From NCBI GenBank assembly GCA_951406725.2, contig OX597814.1, positions 175,894,001 through 175,958,000 of the forward strand: a stretch of 64,000 nucleotides of DNA. Reading direction: 5' to 3'. Below, in pieces: positions 42,379 to 54,699 of the stretch. This DNA is from Octopus vulgaris (lineage: Eukaryota). Numbering within the stretch: position 1 is the stretch's first letter; each line of letters begins with the position of its first letter. Position numbers and translations under genes: made by a program. The notes below the pieces were generated by a model. The model saw only the letters and a list, made by a program, of their open reading frames with translations, made no database searches and was not told where the DNA came from.

Positions 42379-42839
42379 GCCTATATGGGTACAGGACATT
42401 AAAAAAAGCGCCAATAAAATGAGAAACGAGAACATAAAAAACAAAAACATAGAGAACGAACTTTCGTTCGAAGAACGAAATAAAGAAACAAACAGAGAAA
42501 CGAGACAGGCAACATAAAAACATTCCCTTCTTCAGTTGTCCCTTGCTTTTTCTACTCTGCGTATACATATCGGCCTTTTTGCCTTCGATCAAAGTATGTT
42601 ATACACACACAACATTCACGCAGATACATACTTAAACACACACATAACCACGCACACACATATAGGTATGCAGATCAAACTTGGCGGAGCCATGCCTCCC
42701 CTGAATACACCCTACCTCTAAAGAGAACGAGAGAGAATGAAATAGAGACAGAAAAAAAGAGATAGAGGGGAAGAGAAAGAAGTGGAGAGAGAGAGAGGGG
42801 AAGAGAAAGAAGTGAAGAGAGAGAGAAGGAGAGAGAAAG

Positions 42840-42899
<60 letters not shown>

Positions 42900-43082
42900 C
42901 ACAGAGTGAGGAGTGAAGGAGAGAAAGAAACGGTGCTTTACTGATATTTTATATATCCACACCGAAATCATGAAATGCGAAGATGACTGCAGCGCGATGT
43001 GAACTCAGAGTGCAGAGAGTTGAAATGTTGGAAAAGCATTAATGACACTGGTAGTCAACTGCTGATACATACATACATAAAT

Positions 43083-43140
<58 letters not shown>

Positions 43141-43187
43141 GTGTGAGTGCGTGTGCATGTGTGTGTGTGTGTATGTATTTATATATA

Positions 43188-43579
43188 TCTTTATATATAA
43201 AAGTGAGGTTGTGTGCTGCCTGTCTCCTACGATTTAGATTCCTAACTACTCCCACATTTTGCGGTGCAGTTTAACCAAAACCGGGTATCTTATAGTCGTG
43301 ATTCATATCGTGCCCTTCTGGGTATTAGCGCGCGTCTACGATGAGTCTACGATTTAAAAAAAAATTTACCACAATTTTTCCCATTTTTAATGCATTTTTG
43401 GCATATATAAGGGAAGTAACTATCTAAAAATTTATTATTAAATCTCAGAACGTAAAAAGCTACAGTAACACCCCTTTGTGGTTAGCCATATTGAGATGGC
43501 TATTATACTTTACATCTCTAAAAATGCTTATATAGTTATTTCCCTTACAAACCCGAGCAACGCCGGGCGATACTGCTAG
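43188..43579 (+). mobile_element. Non-autonomous Helitron (second internal type)
   Basis: A|TCTTTATATATAAAAGTGAGGTTG start and ACAAACCCGAGCAACGCCGGGCGATACTGCTAG|T end. Confidence 0.87.
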
Positions 43580-43689
43580 TATATACATAAATTACAAATA
43601 CTGGAAATTGTGGTATCATTTTAATTCTGTTGCACATGTTTCATTACAATATGAAAAATATATTTTGCTAATATAAACGATGGATTCTC

Positions 43690-43977
43690 CCGTCGAAGAC
43701 GACGTGTAAGTGTTCACCTTTTGCCGAACGACTTGCACAAATGATTTGTTTATAATAATCAAATGTATATGTTGCGCATTAGCTCACACCCTCCATCAAA
43801 TCGACGATGCCTGAACAAGTACATGGTGTACCACGCGCCAGGTGTCGAAGTGATCGCGGGGCAACGTGAGACGAAGTGATTTGCTCAAGCTAACAATGCA
43901 TAATTCGGTCTAGAAATTGAAAGCACGATCTCAGGATCTTGAGTGTAACACCCTAACCACTACGCCATGCGTCCCCG
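43690..43977 (-). mobile_element. Older tRNA-derived SINE (CORE/V-like centre)
   Basis: Minus strand has A-box TGGCGTAGTGGTTAGG, degenerate B-box TTTCAATTTCT, then TTGAGCAAATCACTT. Confidence 0.65.
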
Positions 43978-44654
43978 TAATAGTTATATACATAGATGCA
44001 TAAACATAGCTGAAAAAGAGGGTTTACCTCAGCAAACTGGAGACCCTGGTGCAAATGTAGGAGAACATCAATAGAGAAATCAGAGAAGTGGGGTCTGAAA
44101 CTCTTGAGGGTGTTATAGATCAAGTTTTGGAAAGAGCACGGGCGTGCGAAGCAAAAAATGGCTGCTATTTAAGCGATGTCATTTTCCAATGGACGGTGCT
44201 GAGTTGTCAAACATTTAAACCAAATTTTCTTAAAACAACTTGTCCGACCGTCTCATAGGCCTCCTCTTTGAGAAACACTGATTTAACCTAAATTTGAGAC
44301 ATCAGCAAAAGAAGAAATAAAGATAGACTTTTTTTCTATTCCAAAGAAAAACGATTTTATTCACACAAATATGCAACCGAAGAGTTTAATGTACCAGTAA
44401 TGATAAGGCTGTTGACTGGGAGAACACAAACATGGTTTAAACAATAGGCTTGGAAGGAAAGAAACGTGTTTTCTTTTCATAAAAAAATAATTAAGCATGC
44501 CTTTATTTCAATAAAATTTTTGGTTTTGTCAAACGAAGTTAAGGCAAAAAAAAAAAAAAAACTTCTTGAGAAACCAAATAGTCTTTCCTTCCTTCATGCA
44601 TCTTACTTTTTTGGTCTCTTAAATATACTGCATTTTGTGGCATTATTTCAAGCC

Positions 44655-44939
44655 AGCCGGCTTTTTTTGCGCAAACTGCACGTGCATTTTTCTCGCGTAC
44701 ACGTAGTATCGATCGCAACAGCTGATGTATTTGCGCGTACAAATGCACGTTTCCACGGCTTTAACGATCGCATTCTCACCTGGAATCGAGTTTTGTAATT
44801 TTTTCGCGACTTATACAGGCCCTGATACCGTCGGTATCTACATATCAAATTTGAGCGCAATCGGATGGAGGATGCCCGAAGATCATAGAAGACACACACA
44901 CACAAACACACACACACAGAACGGATTTTATATAATAGA
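44655..44939 (-). mobile_element. Helitron-like fragment (5' end)
   Basis: A|TCTATTATATAAAA start next to (CA)n, with a CAAATTTGAGCGCAATCGG motif and an organisation like the other Helitrons. CTAG end not found. Confidence 0.5.
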
Positions 44940-44950
44940 TTTAATATATA

Positions 44951-45169
44951 TTTCTTTACTACCCACAAGGGGCTAAACACAGAGGGGACAAACAAGGACA
45001 GACAAAGGGATTACGTCGACTACATCGACCCCAGTGCGTAACTGGTACTTAATTTATCGACCCCGAAAGGATGAAAGGCAAAGTCGACCTCGGCGGAATT
45101 TGAACTCGGAACGTAACGACAGACGAATTTCGCCCGGCGTGCTAACGTTTCTACCAGCTCGCCGCCTTT
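44951..45169 (-). mobile_element. SINE A monomer (tail type I) with 18-bp TSD
   Basis: TAATAGATTTAATATATA at 44933-44950 and 45170-45187. Confidence 0.94.
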
Positions 45170-45749
45170 TAATAGATTTAATATATACCCAACGTCCATC
45201 CTGGAATTCCTGGAATTATTACAACAAAGTTTGCAAAGTATCGCTGATGATTCCATAAGTGGTGAACGTTCTCCGCGGATACACGACCTGGGACTTACCC
45301 TGAAATAAGGTTTCAATACTATGTTTAACACGTATTCTCTTAACCTTAATTCTTTATAATATATATAAACACACAAATATCAAGCGATTGTTGCGCTAAC
45401 AATGTTTTGTTTCATTACCTTAACGTAGTTTAGAACATATGAATAGAATTTAAGCCAATACAGTTACTAAGAATGTAAGTATTATATCCTGTAGAGACAA
45501 TATAATAACGCAAAGACGATGTAACAGCTGTATATATACTGCACGTTTCAACTCCACTCGGAGTCTCCTCTGCAGCTGTGCACCTTTATTACTTATCCAC
45601 GAACATCTGCTTATAAACCCAATCATATTAGTGGCTAAAGATAACAGGGAAGCTCAGTTTGCATATTTAACACCTTGGCAAATAGTTCAAATATTACAAT
45701 ACTGGCGAGTTAAAAGAGTTTAGTTTCAATGCTGCAGTGGATTCCTTTA

Positions 45750-45977
45750 TACTTTTATTCTTTTACACATTTCAGCATTTTATTGGGACCATGCTGGAGC
45801 GCCACCTGAAAGGGTTTTAGTCGAAGAAATCGACCCCGGCCTTACTTTTTGCAAACCTATTACTTACTCTATCTGTCCCTTTTGCCGAACCGCTAACTTA
45901 CGGGAACATAAACACATCAGAATCGGTTGGCAAGCGATGGCGAGTGGACAAATACAGACACAAACATAAATATTTAC

Positions 45978-46015
<38 letters not shown>

Positions 46016-46127
46016 GACAAGCTTCTTTCAGTTTTCGTCTACCAAATCCACTCAAAAGGCTTTGGTTGGCCCAAGGCTTTAGTAGAAGACACTTGCCCGA
46101 GGTGCCACACAGAGGGATTGAACCCAG
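45750..46127 (-). mobile_element. SINE B
   Basis: TTTGCCGAACCGCTAA..., internal (TA)n, and CACTTGCCCGAGGTGCCAC. Confidence 0.87.
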
Positions 46128-46308
46128 GTTATAGAACATGTCTATAGATTATTGTTGTTAGACTTCTTGTCTCCCGCTTATCTCTCTTAAATCATCTGTC
46201 AAAAGATATCTGCTTAGTTATTTTTCTTTTCTGGGGTGTAGTTGCCTGGCATGGAATTCGATCTGAGACTGTATTGAAACTAAAACACTTACAGTGAAGA
46301 TACACTGA

Positions 46309-46624
46309 GATTGTCAATTTCACATAAATATTTATTATATGGTATCAAAGTTTTCGTCACACCAACTTAGGCCTGGTCACTGATGCGGTTTCACTGCATC
46401 TGGTTTATGGCGAAGTTGTTAGCATACATAGGTTTCAGGGCTATTGATATACTTTTTTTACAGGCGAAAAATTTTAGTTATAACCCTGAAATATATGCTG
46501 ACCGATAGCCTCGCCACAAACTAACTTGCTATAGAACTGCGTCATTGATCAGGTTGCGGTTGGTGAGTTGCCGCGACGAAAATTTTATCCCCAAACGATA
46601 AATGTTTAAGTGAAGTTTACTGTC
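46309..46624. repeat. Long imperfect inverted repeat (foldback/old MITE)
   Basis: Arms 46309-46444 and 46480-46624 are reverse-complementary over about 140 bp, with mismatches and indels. Confidence 0.8.
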
Positions 46625-48109
46625 TTTATGTGTTTCTGAATGGTTAGTATGCGTATTCCACGTTGTAGTTGTTTAATTTTTATTTTCTTTATAAATTTTC
46701 TTGTACAGAAAATAGCCTCGCGAATAACAGCAGATGCTTTTGTAAATCTGTCAGTATTTGGGGTTGTGACCCAAACAGAGCCGATGTTTTCGCATTCATA
46801 CTGAAATCTTCAACCATTTGCTTATAGCTAGACTTCTTACATTCCTCAACTTCGTATTCCTTTTCACTGGCTTTTTTCTGGACCCTCTCTGAATCCAGTA
46901 CAATAGAATTCTCATTGCTTATTCCCTTTGTGTAACATTTCAACACATAGTTATCGTCTTCTTCATTGCTTGCCCAGTTTCACCCGGTTCTTGTCAACTG
47001 GAGTGAAGTATTTCTGAAGAAATCTTTTGAAGTTATTGCTAAATTGCATGCACAGCTTCTTCCAAATATCTTTCATATATCTTGCTAAAATTGATACGAC
47101 TGATATTCAGTTTGAATTTGGTTTTCAGAGTAAGAATATTTGAAAAAATTGCAACGCTGGAACGGAAGGGATGTGTGAAGTATTTAGTATAGTGGTTAAT
47201 GGAAATATGACCACAGAAATTTAGGAATACTAGACGAAGAGATAAAAGTATGTCGGTGGATTTGGGTCGAAAATCCTTTGGAGAACGCTCTACTCGACTG
47301 AGGCGATACAACACCAACAAAATTTTTTTCAGTTAGTTGCTTTAGATCAGTCGGACTTACATGTATTTACTATGTGTTGTGATTAAAACTGTCCACTCTA
47401 CTGAGATTGTCCTATCAGTTTTGTGGGACTTGGTTGTCATTTTGTTATAATGAAACTTATATAAGTCTATCTATATGTGTAACTAAAGCACTGCCCAGCC
47501 CTTCCCCTTATCGTCCGCATACTTTCTCTAAATAACTCCTACCTTGCTCCATCTCTTACACAAGCAACCATCCTGAAGGAAAGAGTTTGTGTGTGCGTAT
47601 GCGTGTGTGACTGTATGTGTGTAAGAGGGAGAGAGTGAGTGAGTGAGTGAGTGAGTGAGAGAGAGAGAGGGAGCTGATGTGGGAATAAAAAACCTGAGTC
47701 AAGTATATTTCAAGTCAACATCGGCGAGGTACACTTCAAATGCAAAAATTATAAGACAAATTTTTCTCGGATCACACCCCAACATCTCGTACTACGAAAA
47801 CACACAATGTACAATTTAATCTTATATGTATACAAGCACACGCGATAATATTTATATTACATAAACTAGAAGAAAACATCCTGGTGGGGGTGGGGGACGG
47901 TGTTTCTCCTAGAATTATTAGCAAAGTTAATAAATATGCGAATGTATGCGGTTGGTGTAGTTTATCGCATTCCGTAAGATGAAGACAGTAAATCTCATGA
48001 CTCGCGTTGTTACACAATCCCTCACATTAGCGTTACATTTGCCTTTGGCCTCATCAGGATTCGTAAAACAATAAGAGTTATGTAGTATCAGCATATTTTC
48101 TACTACTTT

Positions 48110-48151
<42 letters not shown>

Positions 48152-48361
48152 AATACAGAGATCTATAATCTTATGAGCAAATATTAATTAGGATGAAGCT
48201 AATGTTTATTGTTGTTTAGTCCCTGCGTCGATGCTGATTGAACAGATAATCCGACCACCTTCTATAGCAACAGAAGCAACAGTAGTGTAAGGATGGTGGT
48301 GGTGTAAGGATAGCGGTGGTATTATTATTATTGTTATCATCATCATTATTATTATTATTAT

Positions 48362-48396
<35 letters not shown>

Positions 48397-49136
48397 CAAT
48401 TGTATCTAATTATGGTACAAGGCCAGTAATTTTGAGAGGATGTCGGTACGCCAGTACTTGACTGGTATTTTATTTTAGCGATACCGGTAAGACGCTAGGA
48501 GAGACACTAGGCAGAGATATATAACTTTTCTCCTTGGATACTTCTGTACAGACTTCTCAGGCAAGGAGGTAGAGCCTTTTGTAACACACGGCTGCCAGGC
48601 ATTTACAAAATTTATTTATCGAATGTGATATCTGCAAAACATTGTCTTTTTATTTTTTATTTTTTATTTATTGTTAAGCGAATCACCGAAGCTATTCTTA
48701 GAATTATCGTTCTCAGTCATTACTTCTTGCATTTCAGTTGCATGTATTGCCACACAAAGGATTCCTGGAGATTTTTTTTATTATTATTTATTCGTTTTCA
48801 TTGGAGTTTCTTTGCAAGACTGTTGTCTCAAACTCTCCTCCTCGACACACAAGTAAATTAAATAAACGGGGAAGAAAATAATAATTTTTGTACCTTTATA
48901 GTTAATAATCAAACCCAATATCTCAAACATGTAGATACACACACACACATATACACACACACGCCTACACACACATATACACACACACGCCTACACACGC
49001 GGGCGTACGCACACAGAAAACATGGAAACTTTTAGATAAAATACTGTAATCCAAAAACAGGAGTGATGCAGAAACATGTCATGTCAGGTCACAAAATACT
49101 GATGACGACAACGTTAACGATAGTATAGGGATTGAG

Positions 49137-49172
<36 letters not shown>

Positions 49173-49361
49173 AATAGGGTAGTTATAACTTTTTATCTAT
49201 CACAAAGTGCATGCAGTTATCTTTAATTACATTACATTTTTTTTTCTTTCTGGAAGGTATTTGATATATGACCAAAATCATTTGTTACTGAGAGAAGCAG
49301 TACTAATACGAAAGGGTAATCTTTATATCCAGCTTAGCATAAACTCTTTGTTAGAACACTG

Positions 49362-49923
49362 AATACTGTGTTATTAGCCTTGAGGAAACATCTCATATAG
49401 GCAATTGGTGCATAAAAAGCAAAGACATAGATCTTAGCAGATGTGAATCATCTGTCATGAGCGCCAGAACTCCCATATCATGTGATTTCATTCTACTGGA
49501 AAACATCAGTGACAGGTGTCAAGTCATTGAATACCAGTCAAATCCTGCTGCTACGATATATAAATATCAGTATCTTTTCAGATGCTGATGTCGCAAATAG
49601 CCAGCAGGCTTATTAAATATTAATTATTAGCGACGGTAGCATTATTAATGTCAAATAATAATATTCATATCCAATTTAACATGAACGCCTTGATAAAACA
49701 GCAAATACTGTGTTATTAGATTTGAGATATCCTCTCATATAGGCATTTGGTACATAAAAGTACAGCACTAACAAATCATAGCAGACGAAATTCGTCTGTC
49801 ATGGGCGCCAAGATTCTCGCATCAGGTGACTTCGGTCTATTGGACCTCATTAGAGGGAAGTACTGGTCACTGCATACTTATCAAATCTCGCTACCATGTT
49901 ACGTACAATATAAACATCTTTTC
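49362..49923. repeat. Diverged direct duplication (units of about 220 bp, period 342)
   Basis: AATACTGTGTTATTAG...TCTCATATAGGCA...CTGTCATG.GCGCCA...ATCTTTTC at 49362-49579 and 49704-49923. Confidence 0.85.
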
Positions 49924-50416
49924 TACGCTATCTCCACCGACGGAAAGGAAATATCTAACGTTTTAGGTAGTGTAAGGTTTGCACAAACGTAGGCTTGCTA
50001 GGTGCAGTTATATTACACCAAGATGCACCACATGGTTACTTTGGCTTAGCGTCGGACAAAATGTCCATATGACTTTACTTTCTCAGTTCAAATTACTGGT
50101 GAGGTAAAATTTGGATTTCATTTCTCCGTGGTATCTAAAAGAATGTGCCAGTCAAGTACTTGTGTCGATGGCACCGAAGAAAATACCCCACTCCATAAAT
50201 TGCTTTATTTGTGCTTAAATTAGAAAACGTATTATTATATATTATTATACAATATCTTTATGAAAACCAAAGTACGAAGAAACTAATAGAAGTCTGCGTC
50301 GATAATGAAATTTACTTAGTGAAGTTCACGCATTTAAATGAGTGCAAATAGCACAATATTGACGTTTCGAGTTAAGCTTTTCTTCGAAAAAAAGAAGTAA
50401 TTATTTTAGAATTATA

Positions 50417-50485
<69 letters not shown>

Positions 50486-51123
50486 TCCCCCCTCTCTCTC
50501 TCTCTCTCTCTCTCCCTTTCTCCCACTTCCTCTCTGGCCCAATCACTCTCATTCTCTCCGGAGAGCCGTCAGTATCTAATCTTTCCCACGGCATGCGAAC
50601 TTTGTTAAAATTCGTTAAATTTTTTATTAAGTCCTATGGTGTGAAGTGAGGTTTTACTTTGGTATTGAGAAGCTGTTATTGTCTCTAACGTTAATGTATT
50701 ATCGATGTTTTACGTAATCTACTTTGATGTTTTCAACTTGATTGTGTTACGAACTGCATGAGTGAACATTCCAGTGATGCAGACCTATTTCTTTAAAAAT
50801 AGCTGTAATCCTAATACATCAAGCAATGGCTGTTGTTCTTGTTGTTATTGTTGATGAGCGTGATGAGGATGACGAAAATGTTTTTGTTGTCGTTGTTGTT
50901 GCCGTGTAGCACCAGGTCGGTCGTAACAGAGCAGATATCGGTAATCACTAAACAACTAGATGTGGTCGGCAGATCCACAGTGTGGATGCGCAATGCCTCT
51001 TTCTAGCTGAGGACTGGAGGACCATACAGCACATTGTAACATGCAGTGGTTACTGTAGATGGTACAGTTATGCAGTCTGGACATGCCATGTGTAATCTTA
51101 CCACTATCAAATCTGTTTCTATA

Positions 51124-51335
51124 CGAAGGGGAGCTGAAAAGTTCCTGGATTTGGGTAAAAGAAAATACAGGAGGATTAGTTATGATTGTATTCAATATAT
51201 TTCCCTCTCAGATTCTCACACTTATTGCAGTGGTCCTTCAGGTTTTCTAAGCCTTGCAAAAGAACTCGGAATGTTAGGCCTCCAACCAGGTCTTTCACGA
51301 ACCCTTAAAGCCAGGAACTTGTCAGTACCCTCTCG
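51124..51335. mobile_element. Mariner-type MITE
   Basis: TA|CGAAGGGGAGCTGAAAAGTTCCTGG ... CCAGGAACTTGTCAGTACCCTCTCG|TA. Homologous to 20134-20329. Confidence 0.85.
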
Positions 51336-52080
51336 TAAGTCCGTAGACGTTAGTGTTTTTATTTCACAATGAAGGAAAGCAGGAATTCAATCACAAGAAG
51401 GAATTCAATTAACAAAGTAGGAATTCAATCAGAAAGGAACCAGCGGCTGACCTGTAATACTTATAATGATGTAGTGCATCTCTGTGCAACACCAAAGCTA
51501 ATGGTAACTATAGGCACTACTGGAATCTTTGGACTTTGCATAATATTTGTTTCGACTGATTAAGACACCAGTATCCTTAGGATACTGTACTAGTATTAGT
51601 AGTAGTAGTTTGGAGCGGTGGTTTTTACATTTGAAGGATTTAACTGTAAGGTTTGCAATCTCTTGGAAAAATTAACTGTGCGCCAATTCTCCTTGCCACT
51701 TATCATAAAAAAGTAAAAAAAACATAAAACAACGAACTTCGCATCATTATAGACTTTCCGCAGATCACATTCGCAGTCTACATGCCCAACGAAAGAAAAT
51801 TGCCAAAAACGAAACGCATCCTTGGCATACGAAGATAGATGATGCTGTTGTCATCGCCGTCGTCGTCGTCGTCATCGGCGTTGTCTTTCTTTTTGTTGTT
51901 TAATCCCAGATCTATTCGAATAGAGAACGACAATACTCTACGTGGTTTTATTCGGTCATCCTCGGAGTAACAGACCGCAGCAACATCTATGTTGTGTCTT
52001 GTCTACCGTTTGCATTTCAGTGCCCTACTGTTTGTTCTTGTTGCGTCAACTGTTGTCTGTTGCTAACTCATCTTGCATAT

Positions 52081-52455
52081 CGAGCTAGCAGAATCGTTAG
52101 CACACCGGGCGAAATGCGTAGCAGTATTTCGACTGCCGTTACGTTCTGAATTCAAATTCCGCCGAGGTCGACTTTGCCTTTCATCCCTTCGGGGTTGATA
52201 AATTAAGTACCAGTTACGCACTGGGGTCGATATAATCGACTTAATCCGTTTGTCTGTCCTTGTTTGTCCTCTCTGTGCTTAGCCCCTTATGGGTAGTAAA
52301 GAAATAGGTATTTCGTCTGCCGTTACGTTCTGAGTTCAAATTCCGCCGAGGTCGACTTTGCCTTTCATCCTTTCGGGGTCAATAAATTAAGTACCAGTTA
52401 CGCACTGGGGTCAATGTAATCGACTTAATCTCTTTGGGCAATAAAGAAATAAGAA
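52081..52455 (+). mobile_element. SINE A dimer
   Basis: Junction GAAATAGGTATTTC at 52301-52314. Confidence 0.92.
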
Positions 52456-52694
52456 ATAAGAAACCTCTTTTTTTTTAATGCATGTCGTGTTGGGGTATTG
52501 TGTGGTGATTGGGAGTAGTGGGGGTATATCCGCGTTGTAATTTGGTAAGGAAGAAAATAAAAGTTGGTGATGCCAATAATTTAAAAGAACCATAGCCGTC
52601 ACTTCCAATCGAATAGGTCGCAGTAGAATGTATCATGCTTTCGCTACTTGTTTTAGCTTATGTACTGGCGATCAAGTAGATGGCGAGCAAACGG

Positions 52695-52897
52695 GGGACG
52701 AGCTGGTAGAGTCGTTAGCACGGCGGGCGAAATGATTAGCGGCCTTTCGTCCGTCTTCACGTTCAATTGCTGCCGGGGTTGACTTTACCTTTCATCCTTT
52801 CAGGATCGATGATATAAGTACCAGTTAAACAGAGGGCTCAGTGTAATCAACTTACGCCGGTCCCTGAAATTGCTGGCCTTGTACCATAATTTGAAAC

Positions 52898-52931
<34 letters not shown>

Positions 52932-52962
52932 GTTATTATTATTATTGTTATTATTATTATTA

Positions 52963-53044
<82 letters not shown>

Positions 53045-53660
53045 GGTGCGCCGGTAGAATACTTAGCGATATCTCGCCCATCGATACGTTCTGAGTTCAA
53101 ATTCCGCCGAGGTCGACTTTGCCTTTCATTCTTTCGGGGTCGATTAAATAATTACCAGTTATGCAATGGGGTCGATATAATCGACTTAATCCATTTGTCT
53201 GTCCTTGTTTGTCCTCTCTGTGTTTAGCTCCTTGTGGGTAGTAAAGAAATAGGTATTTCTTCTGCCGCTACGTTCTGAGTTCAAATTCCGCTGGGGTCGA
53301 CTTTTCCTTTCATCCTTACAGGGTCGATAAATTAAGTACCAGTTGCGTTCTGGGGTCGATTTAATCCACTACTTTCCTCCCCCCAAAGTTCAGCCCTTGT
53401 GCTTTTAGAAGAAAGATTTGTTATTATTATTAAGGTGAGCCGGTAAAATTATTTGCACGTCGGGCAAAATGCTTAGCGGTTTTTCGTCCGTCTGTATGTT
53501 CTGAGATCAAATTCTACTGAGGTCGACTTTGTCATTTATCTTTTCAGGGTTGGTAAAATAAGTACAAGTTCAACACTGGGGGCCATGTAACCGACTTACA
53601 GCTCCCCCAAAATTGCTGACCTTGTGTCAAAATTAGAAAGAATCATCATCATCATCATAT
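52695..53660 (+). mobile_element. Stacked SINE A array: monomer-(TTA)n-dimer-(TTA)n-monomer
   Basis: Copies at about 52695-52900, 53044-53420 (junction 53246-53259) and 53433-53640. (TTA)n at 52900-53043. Confidence 0.9.
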
Positions 53661-53699
53661 AGTGGTTTACAGTTTGTTACGTGGTTTATGTCGGATAGA

Positions 53700-54480
53700 A
53701 ATCTTTGATAGTTTTCTGTTTTACTGTCGTGTTTTTCTTTTTCGCTTTCAATTATTTATTCCCTAGTTTAACTGTCTGATGTTGAGCTTATTTCAGCTGT
53801 GTACCGTGTTCGTGCTGGTGTATTGTATTTGTGGTAGTCTCTGGTTTTTATGAGATTGACCATTTCTCATATATAATTTGGTTTTTTTTTTTATATGTTG
53901 CCTAGTTGAATTTTTTTTTCTTTTCGGATGCGTCTATAATTACCTTTGTTGAATGTATGCAGTGTTCATGTTGGTGATTGTGATGTGAATTCTGCAAACC
54001 TTGATGCTGTTTCTTTTATAAATTAAAAATACCCGATGGGTTTATTTGATAAAAGTGTTTCTTCATTTTTCAATGTTGTGTGTACTGCGATGATAATTGG
54101 TAGGTGGTCTGAGGAGAGCTATAGCGGAGATGACTGTTTTCCAAGCAGTCGTTGAAACTAACTAAATGTGTGTTGCAGAATGTTTTGTCTGGGGAAAAGC
54201 AAAGCTGTTGCAGTTAGTTTGATGAGGTATGTGTGAGTTGGAGTGATTATTTAGAATGTAAGAAGGTGAAGAAGGAGGGGGTTATGTGGCTCTATTGAGT
54301 GTTATCAGTATTTTTGGAAACCAAAAATTCATTGAAGTCTCCCTCTGTGACGGTACTTGGGAGGAGAGCAAAATGTTGTAGCTGGCGTGTGTAAGTATTT
54401 GATGGTTGATTGTGGAATGTAATATACTTATGTGGTTTGTACTGCTGGTTTCCATTATGAAACAAAAAATACCTTATCAA
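53700..54480 (-). pseudogene. LINE apurinic-like endonuclease (APE) domain relic
   Basis: Minus-strand motifs YIP, VTEGDFNE, SPD.T and LSSDHLPIII occur in order. Confidence 0.75.
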
Positions 54481-54699
54481 CAACTGCTGTAATGATATAA
54501 ATATGAACTAGTGTTACAATCTCCTTTTCTAACGGTCTTAGGACCACGCAGGTACATACACACATAAAAATATAACATGAATAAACTGACAACCTGACAA
54601 AAGAATATGTTTTTGAAATCTTGCATTTCTTATATGGTGTCACCTGCTATTATTTTATGTATGCAATTTGTGATATTTTTATACAGAAGTAAAATTTTT

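Noticed and set aside
44030-44280. Possible hAT MITE (TTTGAGAAACACTG end)
   Set aside because: Only one convincing terminus, with no matching TIR or 8-bp TSD.
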